NCBI RefSeq assembly: GCF_009834535.1
Contig: NC_045697.1
Span: 107,634,001 to 107,698,000 of the forward strand
DNA length: 64,000 nucleotides
Reading direction: 5' to 3'
Origin: Camelus ferus
Lineage: Eukaryota
Shown here piece by piece: positions 60,226 to 64,000 of the stretch. How positions within the stretch are numbered: the first letter of the stretch is position 1; the number at the start of each line of letters is the position of its first letter. The position numbers were made by a program, and so were the translations under genes. Below the pieces are notes generated by a model. It saw only the letters and a program-made list of their open reading frames with translations, did not search any database and was not told the origin of the DNA.

Positions 60226-63200
60226 TTTAATTTTTTCTCTTCTGCATTTTGTGAAGTATTTGGTTGTGAAATGGGATCTTATTTCTCATTTATCAAAATG
60301 TGTGCTCACTGGGGACAGGACCGTATATAAACATGTACTTATATACATGTATGTATGTGCATGTAATCTTTATATCCTTCCCATTTCAACAGTGTAGCTG
60401 CACCCCTGGAGGTGGGATGGGTGAATAAATGCCCCAGTTGTTGAAGGAACTTTTGGTAGGGTCTAAACTGGAGGGGAGGGAATCAGAAAATAGTAATTCA
60501 AGTATGTGATTTACAAATATGGAAGTAATTATAGGAAGAAACATCTAAAAGAGTTGAAGGAGCATCTTTTGGGGAATGGAACTCAAGGGTGAGGAAGAGC
60601 TAGGCAGGAGTCTGCTGTTTTTGGCCAGATACCTTTTAACCTTATACCATATATTTGATACTATTTATACATATATTATTATTATGTTTTTAGATATCTT
60701 TTGGCAAGGATAAAGATTCATTTTCAAAATTTTAGAGCCGAAAGGGATCACAGAGATTGTTAATTCCCAGTTTTCTCATTTTGGAGGTGAGAAAATTGAG
60801 GGATAGGAGTTTGTTTCACCAAGGTTACATGACTGTGGAGACAAACCTCTCCCAGCGCAAGTTCACGCCTTTCCCCAGGCAGGTCAAAATTTCCCCCATG
60901 CTTGTGATTCCTCAGTTACCTTTCCAGGCACTTCTGTCTTCTCCTTTATCTGGTTTTTATAATGTTTGAAATGGTTACAGGACTGTGGAATCAAAAGCAG
61001 TAAGTTATCTCTAATTCCTTGAGTTTCCACTATGAAAATGCTTCAAATCGTTTCAGAGTTTGCAGGATCTATACTTCTTTTGGAGATTAATTCTGCAGTA
61101 TTTTAAAATTAGAATTAGAGACACTTGGCAGTTTGTCTGCAACAATTTTCAGGAATTGACAGTGTTGCTCCGTTGAATATGATACTACTGGAGTTTGGGC
61201 TAAACTTTTATCCCTAGAAGCTATTAGTAACGGGAGATGCTAGGGGGCCTTTCCAATATCCATATGTATTGCTTAATTTTGAAGTTCTGAGAATAAGGAA
61301 ACAACTGTCTTCCAAAGGAGAGGTAGAGGTAGATGATATTTTAGAGCTATAACAGAACAGTTTCTAACACCCTGTTTTCCCTTTTCTTTATACATAAGAT
61401 TTTCTCCTACTTCCCTTCTAATTATATCACTAACTTAAAATAAAAGTTTATTTTTCTAGATAATGAAAAGATAACTTTCAGGTATAGGATTTAGCATTTT
61501 TATATTATTTACTTAATTATGATATGAATCCTATCTTTTCCCTTAGAATAATCATGATATGTAACTTCAAAGCTGAATAAAATTCTTGATTCCATATAGT
61601 AATATTTTGAGACACTTTCATCAAAACTGGATAATAATACTTTCCTATGGTAGGAGCAAATTAAACATAGTTGGTTTAGCCTTGAAGAATTTATTTTTAC
61701 AGAGAGTTATCTGTATATGTAAATAGATAGCTAAGTTTTGGCCAACAGTGGGTTGATTTTTTTGTATTGTACAGGGAATTTTGTCTGTTTCATGTTTTAT
61801 CTAAAAACCAAAAACAATGTATTTCTAAAAATGAATATAAAATAAAACATATAAAAAAACTTTATTTTTTCTGATTATACACACAAAACATATTCATATT
61901 CAACATTCAAATATGTAATGTTGAAAGTTAAAGTGCACTGTAAGCTTGTATTCTAGAGAAACTGCTGTAAATAGGTATATGTTTCTTCTCCCAAATTTCC
62001 CTATACTAAAATATATTTGTTATTGTGATTGTAATGACAAGTGGGGTAATATGAAACAACTTTCAACTGGTTTTTATTTTTAACATAGTAACTTAAGAGT
62101 GTATGCATGAGCATACATTCAGAGCATTCTGGCAGTATAGTATTGCATCACAGGTTATTTGAACAATTTCCTATTGTTAGAAATTTGGGTTGTTCCTCAC
62201 TTTTCCACAGTAAGAACAGTGCTTTAGAGAACATCTTTTAAAGTGTATCTTTGTTAAGAAAAAATAAAGTATATCTTTGTACATTTGTGTAAGTGTTTTG
62301 TGTAGGAAAGTTTTATGAAAGAGTCAGATATGAAAATGTTAAACTTTTCTAGTTTATACTTTTTCCTAATAGTGTCCCTAGATTTTAAATTATATTAATA
62401 GCTTTTTTCTTTTTGAATGTATCAGACTGAAGGTAGAAATTATTAATATATGACCAGACTCTGAAACAAGAGCCCATGGTAACAAAAGGCACTGAGCTTT
62501 TAGGTTAAAGCTCATCTCATTTCTTCACATTTCAGGTTTTTGCTTCTAATGTTTTCCCCAAGAGAAGAAAGTAATTGATAACAGCTATAAAAATACCCTG
62601 CAGTTGTTGGAGGAGCTGCTAATTATTTTTTATGGAGCATGGTTTTTAAAAAAATTTTTCTTAAGAACACTATTCTAGGACATGCCATTAAGGAGTTCAG
62701 TGAACCCTCTTGGTTTTGCAGAGTGCAGAGTGAGTGTATTTTAGCTCTTCACGTATTTAAGTTTACTTCTGTTGAAATGTTGGTCATGGGTCAGTTTTAA
62801 GATCTTCACGCCTGTAGAAAGTCCCAGGAATTGATTTCACTCATCTGTGTGTGGAAAACGTGAAATAAGATACTTTGGCAAAATTTCATGACTCAGGCTC
62901 CTTGAAACAGGAACATTTCAGGAATTCCTGTGGCAAAGTTTTTTATTGGCCATCTTAGAGAGTTGATTAATATTTTCGTTGAGGCCAAGCTCTGTTCAAA
63001 ACCATTCAATTGGATTATGTTTCATTCCTCAAGATGAGTGTCTTCTGTTTTGTTTGTGTTCATGGAACTTGTACTTGGAGTTCATTCCTGATTTTCTTTG
63101 TATTACATCAGAATGAGTATAAAAATATACTAATAAGTATAAGTGTCTGTACACACACACACGTACACACACAACCTATATGAATAGACACACATGTGTA

Positions 63201-64000
63201 TTTATGCGTAAGTGATATAAGCCATACTTTAAAAATACAATCATCAGTAGGTCATCTAACTTGACTACTTTGTGCGTCCTCATAATGAAGATGATGTCTT
63301 CCCATATTTATTTTATTAGGAAAAATGGTTCTTGATATTTTTCATATGAAAAATTTCTTAATAAAATAAGAATTTCTTAGGAAACAGGGAAACTTCATAG
63401 GTTGAATATAGTGCTTGTGTTTTGATTTTTTTGTGTACTGACCTTGCTTTGCTTCAGGAAACACCCAACAACTTGCTGTTTACTTAATGGTGATTGCTGA
63501 TTTCTTATCAGTTTGATTTAAGTTTGAGCTTTCAGTTTCCTCCTTGTACTTCTCCACTGGGTTACTGTTTAGGACTTTGTGTGTCTGATTCAGAAGGTGG
63601 ACCCTGCAGTTGCTGTTGATAAATCAGCTTGGAACTTGTGTTTAGGTGTCTGGGGGCTGGTTTTGTTGCCTCCTGCCTTTTGTTCTCTTAAAGTAGCCCT
63701 ACGTCTTGATCATGTTTTAGGATTAGTTTACCACCTGGGAGTGGTTATTTCTCTACAGTGAATCACAAAATGAGTCGGTTTGATGAGGCTTCCTGACTCA
63801 AGCCTGACTGACTCAACCTGCTGTCCATGAGCTTCTGGCAGGGTAGGCATGCCCGGAGCAAACTCTGAGCTTGGCCTCCTTCCCTGCATGGGTAATCTCC
63901 ACATCTGCATCCTCGTGGCTGTCCTTTGGAATCCTGAGCTTGCTTCTCCATTCCTGATAGTTCGCCATTTGGATTCTGACATCAAAGTAAAATATAGAAA

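Overview
Eukaryotic (mammalian) DNA, probably camelid: four copies of a tRNA-derived SINE resemble the camelid Vic-1 family. About 1-55.8 kb is intergenic and repeat-dense, with LINE-1s of several ages, L2, MIR, MaLR and ERV1-type LTRs, hAT MITEs and microsatellites. It also holds a processed LDHB pseudogene (minus, ~48.96-50.27 kb) and a U6 snRNA/L1 chimeric retrocopy (minus, ~23.6-24.0 kb). A CpG-island promoter at ~56.7-58.2 kb probably starts an unidentified plus-strand gene whose first intron fills the rest of the window. No intact host protein-coding gene was found; nearly all listed ORFs are repeat-derived or spurious. I found no clearly novel multi-gene system. The most interesting observations are: (1) a ~280-bp non-repeat insert in an old L1 ORF1 that carries a complete 47-nt exon with splice signals; (2) a 124-bp perfect-identity tract with a shared nonsense codon between two otherwise ~7-11% diverged inverted L1s, suggesting gene conversion; (3) the U6/L1 chimera; (4) several tiny TSD-flanked non-canonical retro-insertions. 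Repeat subfamily names come from memory of consensus sequences and were not checked by database search. Boundaries of old repeats are approximate.
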